Source of the DNA: Rhodospirillales bacterium
GTDB taxonomy: Bacteria > Pseudomonadota > Alphaproteobacteria > Micavibrionales > Micavibrionaceae
Direction: 5' to 3'
NCBI GenBank assembly: GCA_020638365.1
Contig: JACKIQ010000005.1
Span: 50,509 to 114,508, forward strand
DNA length: 64,000 nt
A model generated the notes under the pieces. The model saw only the letters and a program-made list of their open reading frames with translations, ran no database searches and had not been told where the DNA came from. A program made the translations under genes and the position numbers. Below, piece by piece: positions 46,636 to 57,042 of the stretch (position 1 is the stretch's first letter; each line of letters begins with the position of its first letter).

Positions 46636-46663
46636 AATCCCCTGAAGAATCCTTCAGGGGATT
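46636..46663. terminator. perfect 12-bp palindromic hairpin between convergent genes
   Basis: AATCCCCTGAAG-AATC-CTTCAGGGGATT. It overlaps the stop codon of the reverse-strand gene and has no strong T-run. Confidence 0.5.
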
Positions 46664-47222
46664 AAGTTTGCGAAAAAATGTAAAAGTAAAAACTGTAAAA
46701 AACGACCCAGCATCCTGTATTGACGATTAAAATCGCTCTCAAGTTATAGCGGATCAAGAGCGCAGATCCGACCAATGACGCGAGGCTCGTCACCAGCAAA
46801 AATCGCACGCCCCTTGCAATCACGGTATAAAAGGCAAAGAGCGGCACAGCCAATCCCATATCCCCGGCCACCGCCGCATAAATCTTGTAGGGCACCCCGC
46901 TCAGACTTCCCGCCTGCATGACCGCCAGCGCGTTTCCTGCCCGCATCTCTTCCCCCGCACTGTCAATAAGCGCCGGGCTGATAGCCGGAACAGCATCCAG
47001 AAAAACCCGCGCCGTCGCGAAGGATTCAGAGCCGAAAACATACATCAACGCTCCCCCGGTCAAAGCTCCGGCAATCACGAACGGGATATTTTTGTAACCC
47101 TCCCCGCGGTTAACAAGAACGAGATAGGTCAACCACAGGTCAGGGACAAAAAAGAAAAACGTTGCCTCCGCAAAACCCCAGGCAAAACTGATTAGGCGTA
47201 TTGCTGCAGGAGAAATTGCCAT
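46662..47222 (-). CDS. small polytopic membrane protein (YqaA/DedA-like)
   Basis: Start MAISPAAIRLISFAWGFAEATFFFFVPD. 4-5 predicted TM helices. Confidence 0.5.
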   Translation of the reverse strand: MAISPAAIRLISFAWGFAEATFFFFVPDLWLTYLVLVNRGEGYKNIPFVIAGALTGGALMYVFGSESFATARVFLDAVPAISPALIDSAGEEMRAGNALAVMQAGSLSGVPYKIYAAVAGDMGLAVPLFAFYTVIARGVRFLLVTSLASLVGSALLIRYNLRAILIVNTGCWVVFYSFYFYIFSQT

Positions 47223-47282
47223 AACGATCCCTCGGAACAAACAATCATCAAAAAAATAATCTAAGAAGTTTGCGAGAAAGGA

Positions 47283-48764
47283 TCAACCAATACTCTTGGC
47301 AACCGCCTTTTGCCACCCCGCATAAAGTCGGTCCGCTTCCGCACCGTCCATTTGCGGTTCACACCTATGCGCTACCCTGCGGCTGGAGGTAGCCTCATCA
47401 AGGTTGGAAAACACCCCCGCCCCGACCCCGGCAAGACAGGCCGCACCCCATGCCGTACATTCCGCCACGGCGGGAACCTCGACAGGGCGCTGCATGATAT
47501 CGGCGATAAACTGCCGCACAAAACTGTTTGCCATAAGCCCGCCATCCGCCCGGATGACCGGAATGGAAAAACCGCCATCCCGCTCCATGGCGCAAAGCAG
47601 GTCGCGTGTCTGGTACGCTTGCGCTTCCAAAACCGCCCGCACGATATGCGCCCTTTGCGTATCGCGCCCGAGACCGCAAAGAACGCCGCGCGCATCCGGT
47701 CGCCAGTGCGGAGCGCCCAGCCCGGTAAAAGCGGGAACAAAATAAACGCCCCTTGTACCTTCAACGGAGCCAGCCAGCGCCTCGCTCTCATCCGCGCTTT
47801 TAAGAAGGCCAAGATTATCCCTCAAAAACTGTACCGCGGTCCCTGCATTGAAGATCGCCCCTTCCAGCGCGTAGGACCGGACGCCCCCCAACTGGTAAGC
47901 GACCGTTGCCAGCATCCGGCTGGGCGAATCATGGACCTCCGCTCCCGTATTCATCAGGGCAAAACACCCCGTCCCGTAGGTCGCCTTGACCGTCCCCGCC
48001 GCAAAACACCCCTGCCCGATAAGGGCCGCCTGCTGGTCTCCAGCCATTCCATAAATTGGACATTTTTGGATATTTTTACCACCATCTAAATGGCCATATT
48101 CAGCTATATTGTCCAATATGATTGGCATAATTTCAATAGGAACGCCAAATACGTCCAATAAGTCATTATCCCATTTTCCATCGTGAATGTTATAGAGCAT
48201 CGTACGCGAGGCGTTAGTCGCATCCGTCGCGTGAACACGCCCCCCGGTCAGATGCCAGAGAAGAAAAGAATCCACCGTCCCGAATGCCAGATCCCCCGCC
48301 CGCGCTTTTTCATAAGCGCCCTCAACATGATCGAGCATCCACCTGATTTTGGTCGCTGAAAAATAAGGGTCGAGCAACAACCCTGTCTTGCGTGTGACCA
48401 CCTCCTCCACCCCGGTTTCGCGAAGGGCCGCACACAGATCCGCCGTACGTCGGTCCTGCCAGACGATCGCGTTATAGACAGGCTCCCCGCTCTTCCGGTC
48501 CCAGAGAAGGGTCGTTTCGCGCTGATTGGTAATCCCCGCCGCGGCAATCCGGAGCGCGTCCCTCCCCAGATCGTCCGTAACACTGGATATAGCCCACAAG
48601 ATATCGTTAAGAAGAGTTTCCGGGTCCTGCTCCACCCATCCGTCCTGCGGCGTGATCAGGGGCAGTTCCTTCTGCCGGACCGCAACGACCGCCCCTAAGC
48701 GGTCAAAAACAATCGCCCGCGAGCTGCTCGTCCCCTGGTCGATGGACAAAAGATAATCAGACAT
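47283..48764 (-). CDS. glpK: glycerol kinase
   Basis: Internal ATG gives MSDYLLSIDQGTSSSRAIVFD. Also GITNQRETTLLWD and GMAGDQQAALIGQ. The longer 536-aa ORF adds an implausible N-terminus. Confidence 0.93.
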   Translation of the reverse strand: MSDYLLSIDQGTSSSRAIVFDRLGAVVAVRQKELPLITPQDGWVEQDPETLLNDILWAISSVTDDLGRDALRIAAAGITNQRETTLLWDRKSGEPVYNAIVWQDRRTADLCAALRETGVEEVVTRKTGLLLDPYFSATKIRWMLDHVEGAYEKARAGDLAFGTVDSFLLWHLTGGRVHATDATNASRTMLYNIHDGKWDNDLLDVFGVPIEIMPIILDNIAEYGHLDGGKNIQKCPIYGMAGDQQAALIGQGCFAAGTVKATYGTGCFALMNTGAEVHDSPSRMLATVAYQLGGVRSYALEGAIFNAGTAVQFLRDNLGLLKSADESEALAGSVEGTRGVYFVPAFTGLGAPHWRPDARGVLCGLGRDTQRAHIVRAVLEAQAYQTRDLLCAMERDGGFSIPVIRADGGLMANSFVRQFIADIMQRPVEVPAVAECTAWGAACLAGVGAGVFSNLDEATSSRRVAHRCEPQMDGAEADRLYAGWQKAVAKSIG

Positions 48765-48948
48765 AACGCATAAACTCAGACAAGTACCACGCAGACATAA
48801 ACAAAAATATGAAGAAAAACCAATAAAGCTATAAAACAAAACAATTTTCCAAATAGAAAACCGTTCCGCAAAACAGAAAATCGGAATTTTCAAAAAACAG
48901 GGCGGAAAAGCCCTTTAAAAAGAAACGGGTGAACACCCGCCAACAATG

Positions 48949-50457
48949 CTACAGGGTAGAAAGAACACTGGCAATATTCTCCAGCGTTTCGTCCGTGACT
49001 TTTAAACCGAGTTTTGAACGCCGCCAGAGAATATCCTCATCCGTCTGCGCCATTTCGTGATCGACAAGATACCGTAACTCGGCCTCGTACACGTCCTGCC
49101 CGCAATAATGCCCGAGACAGGCCAGCGAATCGCCCTCCCCGACTATCCTATCCATCCGCGTACCGTACGCCTGCGCATAACGCCTGAGAACGCTGGGGGG
49201 AAGCCAGGGATAACGGGCGCACTGGCTTTCAATAAAAACGTCCAGTCCGCCCCCCCTGAAATCGCCGCCCGGCAGAGCCTGAGTGTCCGTCCAGGGATCG
49301 GTCACCACGTTAAGGAGCCCCGAAACCATATCGACAGCCCGCTCGGCCTGCGCCCTGTACGTAGTTAACTTTCCTCCGAATATTGAAATCAAAGGTAGCG
49401 GCAGCCCCTTGTGATGATAAATCTGGCAATCGCGGGATATCGCGGAAACACGTTTCTGGCCCTGCTCGACCAGCGCCCGGATACCGCTGAAGGTAAAAAG
49501 CGCATCTTCCGGCAAAACGGGCGCCTTGAACGCCATGTTATATGCCTCACAGAGATAGGCCACCTCTTCCTCGCTGGCCTCTGCATCCTTGGGATCATCG
49601 TTAAAATCAACCTCCGTAGTCCCGACCAGCGTAAAATCGTTTTCATAAGGGATAACGAAAACAACGCGCCCGTCCTTCTGCTGCAACAGATAGCTCTCCT
49701 CGCCATTAAGCTGCCGCGGCAAAATAATATGGCTGCCCTGCACCAGCCGGACACCGGGCAACTCCGGATCGCCGTCCCCCAGCCCTGTCCCCTTTAGAAA
49801 GCGGCCGACCCAAGGCCCGGTTGCATTGATGACAGCCGAGGCATGGACAGAATAATCTTTTTCCGTAAAACGGTCATGCAGGGCCACAGACCATAACTTC
49901 CCATCTTCCTGTATCCCTGTACAAATCGTGCGCAGACGGATATCCGCTCCGTTTTCCAGCGCATCAACAGCGTTCAGGACCACAAGCCGCGTATCGTCCC
50001 CCCACGCATCCGAATACACGAACCCTTTTTTGTATTCGGGCCGTAAAGGAACTCCGAAAGATTCTGACCCAAGATTTCTAATGAACCGCGAATGCGCCAG
50101 CCTGCTGCTTCCCGCAAAGAGATCGTAAAGCCAGAGACCGAGCCGAATTTTCCATATCGGTCTTTTGCCCCCCTTCCCCATCGGCAGGACAAACTCCATC
50201 CCCCGGACAAGATGCGGAGCAATGCGCAGAAGGGCTTCGCGCTCCGCAAGACTTTCGCGGACCAGCCGGAAATTCATATGCTCAAGATACCGTAAACCGC
50301 CGTGAATAAGCTTGGTACTGGCGGATGACGTTCCGCTGCCCAGATCATCCCCTTCCACCAGAAGGACTGAAAGCCCCCGTCCAGCGGCGTCCCGGGCAAT
50401 CCCCGCGCCGTTGATTCCCCCACCGATTATACATAAATCATAATGTGTATCACTCAT
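48949..50457 (-). CDS. glpD: aerobic glycerol-3-phosphate dehydrogenase
   Basis: 502 aa. Motifs YDLCIIGGGINGAGIARDAAGRGL and GTSSASTKLIHGGLRYLE. Confidence 0.92.
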   Translation of the reverse strand: MSDTHYDLCIIGGGINGAGIARDAAGRGLSVLLVEGDDLGSGTSSASTKLIHGGLRYLEHMNFRLVRESLAEREALLRIAPHLVRGMEFVLPMGKGGKRPIWKIRLGLWLYDLFAGSSRLAHSRFIRNLGSESFGVPLRPEYKKGFVYSDAWGDDTRLVVLNAVDALENGADIRLRTICTGIQEDGKLWSVALHDRFTEKDYSVHASAVINATGPWVGRFLKGTGLGDGDPELPGVRLVQGSHIILPRQLNGEESYLLQQKDGRVVFVIPYENDFTLVGTTEVDFNDDPKDAEASEEEVAYLCEAYNMAFKAPVLPEDALFTFSGIRALVEQGQKRVSAISRDCQIYHHKGLPLPLISIFGGKLTTYRAQAERAVDMVSGLLNVVTDPWTDTQALPGGDFRGGGLDVFIESQCARYPWLPPSVLRRYAQAYGTRMDRIVGEGDSLACLGHYCGQDVYEAELRYLVDHEMAQTDEDILWRRSKLGLKVTDETLENIASVLSTL

Positions 50458-50555
50458 CTCCTAGCAAGACTACATGATCGGCCGGACCCTGAAAAGCTGC
50501 CCGGACACACAAAAACCCGTGATTAAACGAGAAAAAGCCCTTGCAGAAAATCCTG

Positions 50556-50969
50556 CTACGCATCCATACCATGACGCTGCAATATAATCCGGATTTTCGC
50601 CTCCAGTTGCGAAGCCGAAAAAGGCTTTTTGATATACCCCGTAACGCCCGAGCTTTTTGCTTCTGTTACAGACCCCATATCCCCGCGCCCCGTAATCATC
50701 AAAAAGGGAGTGTCCATATTCACGCTGCGGACCTGACGCAAAAATTCCACCCCTGTCATCCCGGGCATATTCCAATCGCAGAGAATAAAATTAACGAGAT
50801 CAAAAGCGGAATCGACAAAACTGAAAGCCTCCCTCCCGTCTGACGCTTCAAATATCTGGGTAATGCCGAGTTCTCCAAGCATGTTCCGGAGCATGGCCCG
50901 GGCCTCGTTCTGATCCTCGACAACCAGAACCTTTAAATCCTTGAAATCTGCTTTTCCTGCATATGCCAC
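50556..50969 (-). CDS. single-domain response regulator (CheY-like)
   Basis: 137 aa. Motifs KVLVVEDQNEAR, ILCDWNMPGMTG and GYIKKPF. Confidence 0.85.
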   Translation of the reverse strand: MAYAGKADFKDLKVLVVEDQNEARAMLRNMLGELGITQIFEASDGREAFSFVDSAFDLVNFILCDWNMPGMTGVEFLRQVRSVNMDTPFLMITGRGDMGSVTEAKSSGVTGYIKKPFSASQLEAKIRIILQRHGMDA

Positions 50970-50999
50970 AATTACACCTCTAAAAAAATATAAAAAAAA

Positions 51000-53048
51000 T
51001 CAATGAACTCTGTCAGAAGTAGAAACCCAGTGCGGCTTGACCTCTTCCTCCGCGACACCTCCCTCCTCTGAAGAAGTGCTGTGGATGACGGAATGGAGGG
51101 TTCTGGCCAGCCGTTCGTAATCTATTGGTTTAGGCATGAAAACAGCGTCATCTGGAACCTCCACCGGCGCCATATCGCCGCTGTTGGGATAACCGCTCAT
51201 AAAAATCACCTTGGTGTCCGGACGCAAAGAGCATAACAACCCGGCCAGCTTGACACCGTTCATTTCCGGCATGACCACATCGGAAAGCAGGATATCAATA
51301 TCGCCGTCGTAATCATCCTGAACGAGTAAAGCCTCGTTCCCGTTAGAAGCCTGCAAAACCGTGGCCTCCATTTGCACAAGCATCTCGCAGACGATCTCGC
51401 GCAATTCAGGCTCGTCCTCGGCAACCAGAACGGTCACGCCCCTGAGCTTGAGAGTGGAGGGATCGCTGACATCCCCTGTAATCTTGCGGGAAACTTCTGC
51501 TTTGGTCCGGGGAAGATAGAGCGCAAAACTTGCCCCCTCTCCCTTGCGCGAATCAACATGAAGAGCACCTCCCATTTCACTGACCAGCCCGTAAACGATG
51601 GAAAGCCCCAGCCCAGTTCCCTTACCCTGCGGTTTCGTCGTGAAAAATGGATCGAAAATCCGCTCGATAATTTTCTGGTCCATGCCCTCCCCGGTATCGC
51701 TCACCCGCAACTCGACGAAAGCGCTCCCGTCAAGCTGCTTTCTGACCCGCTCAGGAAGGGCTTCGCGCGGGCAACCGCTGACCTCTATCGTCAGGCTTCC
51801 CCCGTCCGGCATCGCATCGCGGGCGTTGACAACCAGATTCATAAGAACCTGGGCCAGCGAGTTCTCGGATGCGGCAACACGCAGGTTCCGGTCGACCACG
51901 GTGACGCTGAAACGAACAGACGCGTTAACTAGCGGGGCGAGCAGGATTTTTTGACCTTCTATAAACTCGCCAAGATCCAGAACACTCCGGGAAACGACTT
52001 TATGCCGGCTGAATGTCAGCATTTTTCCCGTAAGTGCAGCCCCCCTCTTGGCGGCTGCCTGTATTCGCTGTAAATACTGCTCCGCTTCAGACTCCTTCTC
52101 GACTTTTTTGGCGGCCATCATCGAAAAACCGTCAATGATGGACAGGATGTTATTGAAGTCGTGAGCCACCCCGCCCGCCAGCTTTCCTAGAGCCTCCAGC
52201 TTCTGGGCTTGATAGGCCTCGGCTTCCCGGTTTTTCAGTTCTGTTGTCTCCGAAAAAACCCCGACAAAAAGATCCGGGCGCCCACGCCCATCCTGAATGA
52301 CGGAAATTTTCAGGCTAAACCACCGCCAAAACGCCCTGGACCTCACGGAAAACTCGATCTCTCCGTCATTCTTGGTTATGGAGGCTCCAAGCAAATGCTC
52401 GGTAATGGAATCGTTGCCGACCAGATTCGACAAATCCCCCCACCCGCACCGCAAGACCGCCTGATAATTTAGATTAAAAAAACCGCAAAACGAGCTGTTT
52501 GCAAAAATAATTGGCGCCCCGACAACCTTGGCGTCAGCAACAACGATACCATTCGTTGCGGATTGCATGGCCTTTTGGAGTCGGAAGTTGTTTTTGTTCA
52601 AGGACAAAAGATGGTCTTCCCGCGCCTTGTCGCGGCTGAAGTCCACCACGACAAAAAGCGTGTTGCCGTCCCCCGATGCCTTGGCCTCCACCAAGCGCAA
52701 CGCGCCGGACGCTACAGAAACAACCTCCCTGAATGTAACCTGGGCGTCGCCATTTTCTGTCTGCCCAAGTGCATTCTTTAAACTTTCGTCACAATCCACG
52801 GAATGATCGTAAAGATAATCTATAAAGTGCGAGAGAGTAAGGTAAGACCCTTCCGGTTTCTTGGCATCTAGATCGGGAAGCAGTTCACGGGCCACGCGAT
52901 TGGCAAAAAGAAAGCGCCCGCCCTTGTCAAAAAGAATCTGCCCGAAAGAATAATGATCCAGCGCATCTTCAAGGGCCTGCTGGACGGAACCCCGTCCGTC
53001 CGCAACCTTGCCGCCGAAACTCAATATTTTTCGAAACGAAAAAGACAT
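51000..53048 (-). CDS. hybrid sensor histidine kinase (PAS-PAS-HisKA-HATPase-REC)
   Basis: 682 aa. H-box LAGGVAHDFNNILSII, G-box GTGLGLSIVYG and a C-terminal receiver VTVLVAEDEPELRE..LLSDVVMPEMNG. Confidence 0.88.
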   Translation of the reverse strand: MSFSFRKILSFGGKVADGRGSVQQALEDALDHYSFGQILFDKGGRFLFANRVARELLPDLDAKKPEGSYLTLSHFIDYLYDHSVDCDESLKNALGQTENGDAQVTFREVVSVASGALRLVEAKASGDGNTLFVVVDFSRDKAREDHLLSLNKNNFRLQKAMQSATNGIVVADAKVVGAPIIFANSSFCGFFNLNYQAVLRCGWGDLSNLVGNDSITEHLLGASITKNDGEIEFSVRSRAFWRWFSLKISVIQDGRGRPDLFVGVFSETTELKNREAEAYQAQKLEALGKLAGGVAHDFNNILSIIDGFSMMAAKKVEKESEAEQYLQRIQAAAKRGAALTGKMLTFSRHKVVSRSVLDLGEFIEGQKILLAPLVNASVRFSVTVVDRNLRVAASENSLAQVLMNLVVNARDAMPDGGSLTIEVSGCPREALPERVRKQLDGSAFVELRVSDTGEGMDQKIIERIFDPFFTTKPQGKGTGLGLSIVYGLVSEMGGALHVDSRKGEGASFALYLPRTKAEVSRKITGDVSDPSTLKLRGVTVLVAEDEPELREIVCEMLVQMEATVLQASNGNEALLVQDDYDGDIDILLSDVVMPEMNGVKLAGLLCSLRPDTKVIFMSGYPNSGDMAPVEVPDDAVFMPKPIDYERLARTLHSVIHSTSSEEGGVAEEEVKPHWVSTSDRVH

Positions 53049-53224
53049 GGGAAAAATGAAAAAAGCAAAAAAACACTACCTTGAATTGAAATATAAAAAA
53101 ACGAACCGGACAAGTCCTTTGTGCTGATTACATACGCAGGTATATCGGAAAAATGTATAATTCGATTCGGATTTGAGATACTGTAGAATCAAGAAAATTC
53201 TCGCGTTATCCAGAAAATACTCAC

Positions 53225-55261
53225 ATGTTTTTACACAATTCGCGCAACGGGCTGTTCAGGCTCCTGCTGGCGGCGGGAGCATTGACTGTGTGCGCATCGT
53301 GGGCAAAAGCTAAAAGCCACAGCCACAGCCCGTTTCTGACCGGGCCGCTGGGTCTGAACACGGTCCCGAGCGCACGCATGGACGAACCGGGCACCATAAG
53401 GACGGGAATCTCGACGCTCGCCCCATACATCCACACCCATATCGGGCTCCAGATCGCTGAACCGCTCTATATAAACCTCCGCCAGACGGCAGAAATATCG
53501 AACCTCTGGGAATCCGCCGACCGCCTTGATCCCGGCCTCGATTTTAAACTCCGCCTCGCCCGGGAGCGTCCCTACACCCCGGAAGTAAGCATCGGCGTGC
53601 AATCAGCCCTCGGCGACAAACGAATGGCCGGGGAATATCTGGCCGTATCCAAACGCCTTGACGATTTCGACCTCACGGCCGGTCTGGGTTGGGGCCGCTA
53701 CGGTTCGGCTGGACACATCCCCAACCCCTTGCGCGTCTTCGGCGGCCATTTCTCGGGAAACAGGAATCTGGACGGCGAAACGAACAACGCTCCATACGAC
53801 TGGTTTACCGGCGACGAAATCGGTATTTTCGGGGGGGTTGAGTATTTCACGCCTGTCGACGGGCTTTCCCTGAAATTCGACTTCGGCGCCGATGAGTACA
53901 TCGCCGAACAATCCGCCTTCGGATATGCGAACGCATCACCGTGGTCCTTGGGCTTTTCCTATTCTCCGGCGGAATGGATGAGCGCTGGCATGGCCCTTCA
54001 GGGTGGCGAAAAAATCATGGGCCGCGTGAGCCTGCAAGCGAATCCCGCCAGCTGGCCGCTCCGCGACAGGGGAAAGGAACCGCCTGCTCCCTCGTACAGC
54101 CTTATGAAACCGCCCACAGAGAATCTGGCTTCGGCCGTCCTTAACCTGAGCGAGACCTCCACTACCCCCGCCCAGGTGGGAAACGCAACCCGCGCCCTTC
54201 TTTCTGAGCCGGGGGAAAACGTTCAGGCCGTGCAATTCCGGCTTATTTCTCTGGGGCTCCGCGGTCCGTCCGTTCGCCTCCTGCGCAAGGATTTTGAAAA
54301 TGCCACAGGCCCGGAAAGGCAAGGCAGCCCGCAGGAAATCTGGTCCAACACCGAATTTAACGCCGCCTTCTCAGCGGACGAACCGAAAAACGAGATCCGG
54401 CAGAACCCCCGTATAACCTTATCGCAGCAAAACAAACTCAGCCTCGCCGAAGATGACACGGGCCTCCTTTTCCGCTCATCCCTGCTGGCGCATGCACAGG
54501 CGCCCGAGCTTCTGGGCATCATGACGGTCGGCGGCGCGTTTCGCCTGAATATCGCCGACAATCTCGCTCAGCTTGAATACACTCGCCAGCCCTCGCTCTT
54601 TCCCGTCCGCGGAGACGAAGGTCTTTTTGCCGCCCGCACACTGTCCCTTGATTCTCTGTACGTAACGGCGCCACACAGCTTCACACCGGAAATCCACGCG
54701 GCGCTGACAGCCGGATATCTGGAAGAAATGTATGCCGGGATAGGTGGCGAATTTATAGTCCGTCCCTTCCGCTCACGCTTCGCCCTTGGCGCGGAACTCT
54801 GGGAAACATATAAGCGCGATCCTCTGACCGCTCTAAATCTGGGCCTGACCGGAGAGATCGGCCTAACCGGGCACATCAACGCATGGTACGACTGGCCGGG
54901 GCAGGACGTAACGCTCTTTGCCCGCGCCGGGCGTTTCCTCGGCGGAGATTACGGGGTAACAGGCGGACTTGAAAAAGACTTTGAAAACGGCGCACAACTG
55001 AAGGGTTTTCTAACCCTGACAAACGATTCAGACTCCGATCTGCATGGCAACAGGGCGCAAGCCTTCCATGGCGTAAGTCTCTCCCTGCCTCTTGGAAGCG
55101 CGCCGTATATCCCCGATGGCAGCACGCTTGATGTCAGCGCGAACCCTCTCGCTCGCAACGCCGGTCAAAACCTTGAGAAACCCGTCAGCCTGTATGACCT
55201 GACCAAACCTTTCGCCTTCGACCATATGGCCCGAAACTGGAACGACATAATAGGAAACTAG
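53225..55261 (+). CDS. YjbH-family outer-membrane protein
   Basis: 678 aa with a signal peptide. GPLGLNTVPSARMDEPGTIRTGIS and a beta-rich remainder resemble YjbH/GfcD-type proteins. Confidence 0.55.
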   Translation: MFLHNSRNGLFRLLLAAGALTVCASWAKAKSHSHSPFLTGPLGLNTVPSARMDEPGTIRTGISTLAPYIHTHIGLQIAEPLYINLRQTAEISNLWESADRLDPGLDFKLRLARERPYTPEVSIGVQSALGDKRMAGEYLAVSKRLDDFDLTAGLGWGRYGSAGHIPNPLRVFGGHFSGNRNLDGETNNAPYDWFTGDEIGIFGGVEYFTPVDGLSLKFDFGADEYIAEQSAFGYANASPWSLGFSYSPAEWMSAGMALQGGEKIMGRVSLQANPASWPLRDRGKEPPAPSYSLMKPPTENLASAVLNLSETSTTPAQVGNATRALLSEPGENVQAVQFRLISLGLRGPSVRLLRKDFENATGPERQGSPQEIWSNTEFNAAFSADEPKNEIRQNPRITLSQQNKLSLAEDDTGLLFRSSLLAHAQAPELLGIMTVGGAFRLNIADNLAQLEYTRQPSLFPVRGDEGLFAARTLSLDSLYVTAPHSFTPEIHAALTAGYLEEMYAGIGGEFIVRPFRSRFALGAELWETYKRDPLTALNLGLTGEIGLTGHINAWYDWPGQDVTLFARAGRFLGGDYGVTGGLEKDFENGAQLKGFLTLTNDSDSDLHGNRAQAFHGVSLSLPLGSAPYIPDGSTLDVSANPLARNAGQNLEKPVSLYDLTKPFAFDHMARNWNDIIGN

Positions 55262-56253
55262 GGCGTAAAATCGTCCGGAGTAAAATCGACGCCCCGCCCT
55301 TTCGGCTCATAGGGCTGGACGAACACCCGGTCATGGTAGCGCTCAGGGATAAACGCTGCCAACTCCGGCGAAACGGTGAGGATTCCCTCCTGCACGAACC
55401 GCTCCTTGTTCATCGCCAGAAGATGCTGATCGGCGGGATAAACATAATTCGCCATCATGCCGTGCGCGAGCTCCAGATCAAGGCGGCTGTCCTGGTTGTC
55501 CGGGCGGATCGCGGCCAGCATCGCCCCCATCCCGGCCATATGAAAAGTCTGCACCGGATCGTTGCTCCGGAAAATCCCGCCATTCGCGCCCTGAACGGGC
55601 ATCAGGTAATCGAACACATGGTCCGTTAATTCCTCGCCGTTCAGCGTTACATTTGCCCCCTGTTCGTTCAGCCAGCTCGCAAACCCCTTATTCCCCGCCC
55701 GTAAAGGCGAGAGGGTGGAAAGAACCGCATCCGGGGATTGCCCGTAAACGAAGGAATGAACATTGCCGATCAGCGTTTCCCCCGCCTTCGGGAAGTTCGA
55801 GGAAATGGTATAGGGCACGACCACTCTGGCCGCACCGCCCAGCGCAACGATGGGCGATTTCAAAATCGGCTTGATACGCTCGGGCAATTGCGGACGGTCG
55901 TTCCAGTACGTATACACGACCGACGTAGGAAACCAGCGCCCGTCCTCGTCCTGTACCGCCATCGCCATGGCCACCTTGTTGGTGCCGTGATCACCAAGCC
56001 TCTCGACAAGCTGCTCATGCCTTTTTGGGGCGTGAACGGCATCGAACAGCCGCTGGTGGATTCCGCCAAAATGCTCATCCTGCGAGAGAACGACAAACTG
56101 CTGCTCGGGGGAAATCCGCGCGATCGCCGCCTTGAAGGTATCACGGTCATCGTCACCCAGAAGATGTTTCTTCGGTGCAAGCTCTTCATAGATCGCCACG
56201 GCCTGACCGAGGCTCAGCTCACTTGTATCACCCGGAGGTAAAGAATCCAGCAT
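55258..56253 (-). CDS. hypothetical protein, possibly malonyl-CoA decarboxylase-like fold
   Basis: Start at the internal ATG (MLDSLPPGD). TLSPL..FASWL and LAHGMMANYVY are reminiscent of the MCD family. This is a weak call. Confidence 0.35.
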   Translation of the reverse strand: MLDSLPPGDTSELSLGQAVAIYEELAPKKHLLGDDDRDTFKAAIARISPEQQFVVLSQDEHFGGIHQRLFDAVHAPKRHEQLVERLGDHGTNKVAMAMAVQDEDGRWFPTSVVYTYWNDRPQLPERIKPILKSPIVALGGAARVVVPYTISSNFPKAGETLIGNVHSFVYGQSPDAVLSTLSPLRAGNKGFASWLNEQGANVTLNGEELTDHVFDYLMPVQGANGGIFRSNDPVQTFHMAGMGAMLAAIRPDNQDSRLDLELAHGMMANYVYPADQHLLAMNKERFVQEGILTVSPELAAFIPERYHDRVFVQPYEPKGRGVDFTPDDFTP

Positions 56254-56368
56254 TACGCGCCCCGCTCTGAAAATTTTATTCCCTAACAAACAGCATAGCA
56301 AAAAGGACGTCAATTATTTGATAATTTGCTGCTTTGCATCATAAAAAACGGCTAAAAAAAACGGGCCT

Positions 56369-56767
56369 CTATGACTTCAACAGCGACCGCAAGCCTTCAA
56401 CATCAGACTTCCAAGCTTCAAAATCCTCGCTCTCCTCCCAAAGCTCCCTCAACTCGGAGTCCTCGGAAAGTACGGCATCCAGCGCCTTTAAAGCTTTCGT
56501 CCGCAGAGGTTCGACATCAACAGGTTGCGCATTTGAAACCCATTCCGCAAGCTCTTTCGGCAAACAATCGCGCCCCTTGCCCATCAAAGCCGCAATCACT
56601 TCAGCCGCCGCCAGCGCTTCACTGCCTTCATCCGCATCAACCTCCAACCCCGGAACAACATCAAGCGCCTGTTCGACTGACGAGATATCGCCCCCCTCTT
56701 CGGTAAGGCCGAAAACCCAGTCCAAAGCGGTATCATTCTCAAAACTTCCATGTCCCCATGCGCCCAT
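56369..56767 (-). CDS. DUF4259 domain-containing protein
   Basis: Internal ATG gives MGAWGHGSFENDTALDWV, the characteristic DUF4259 N-terminus. Confidence 0.7.
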   Translation of the reverse strand: MGAWGHGSFENDTALDWVFGLTEEGGDISSVEQALDVVPGLEVDADEGSEALAAAEVIAALMGKGRDCLPKELAEWVSNAQPVDVEPLRTKALKALDAVLSEDSELRELWEESEDFEAWKSDVEGLRSLLKS

Positions 56768-56852
56768 AACAACTCCTCCCCTGAAAATTCCCTGTTTATA
56801 TTTCAACAATAAACCGGAGTAAGCAACCAATACTGAATACTAAGTTGATGAC

Positions 56853-57042
56853 AAATAAAAAACCGCCCGAAGGCGGCTTTTTCAGTTCGCTTTTTTTATG
56901 TTTGGTTTGGAGGTTGCCCAATTCCTTGGGTTCTTCTTAATCCCGTCGCGCCCCCGGTAAGATCGTAATTGGGTTACATCTTTTTCATCGGTTCAGGAGC
57001 TGAATATAAAAGGCCTTGCCCTACTCAATTCCATAATCCCAT
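56853..57042 (-). ncRNA. candidate small RNA (promoter and terminator, no credible ORF)
   Basis: Reverse-strand TTGCAA (57078-73), 18 nt, TATCAT (57054-49). Terminator GCCGCC-TTCG-GGCGGT plus TTTTTTATTT (56877-56853). Contains an unpaired-looking CCTCC. Confidence 0.35.

Noticed and set aside
56887-56960. Short ORFs in the rluD-DUF4259 interval. These are a 20-aa forward ORF MFGLEVAQFLGFFLIPSRPR and a reverse frame ..SYRGRDGIKKNPRNWATSKPNIKKAN.
   Set aside because: The forward ORF has no SD or context. The basic reverse frame has no ATG, GTG or TTG start after its upstream stop. The interval is therefore treated as a candidate sRNA instead.
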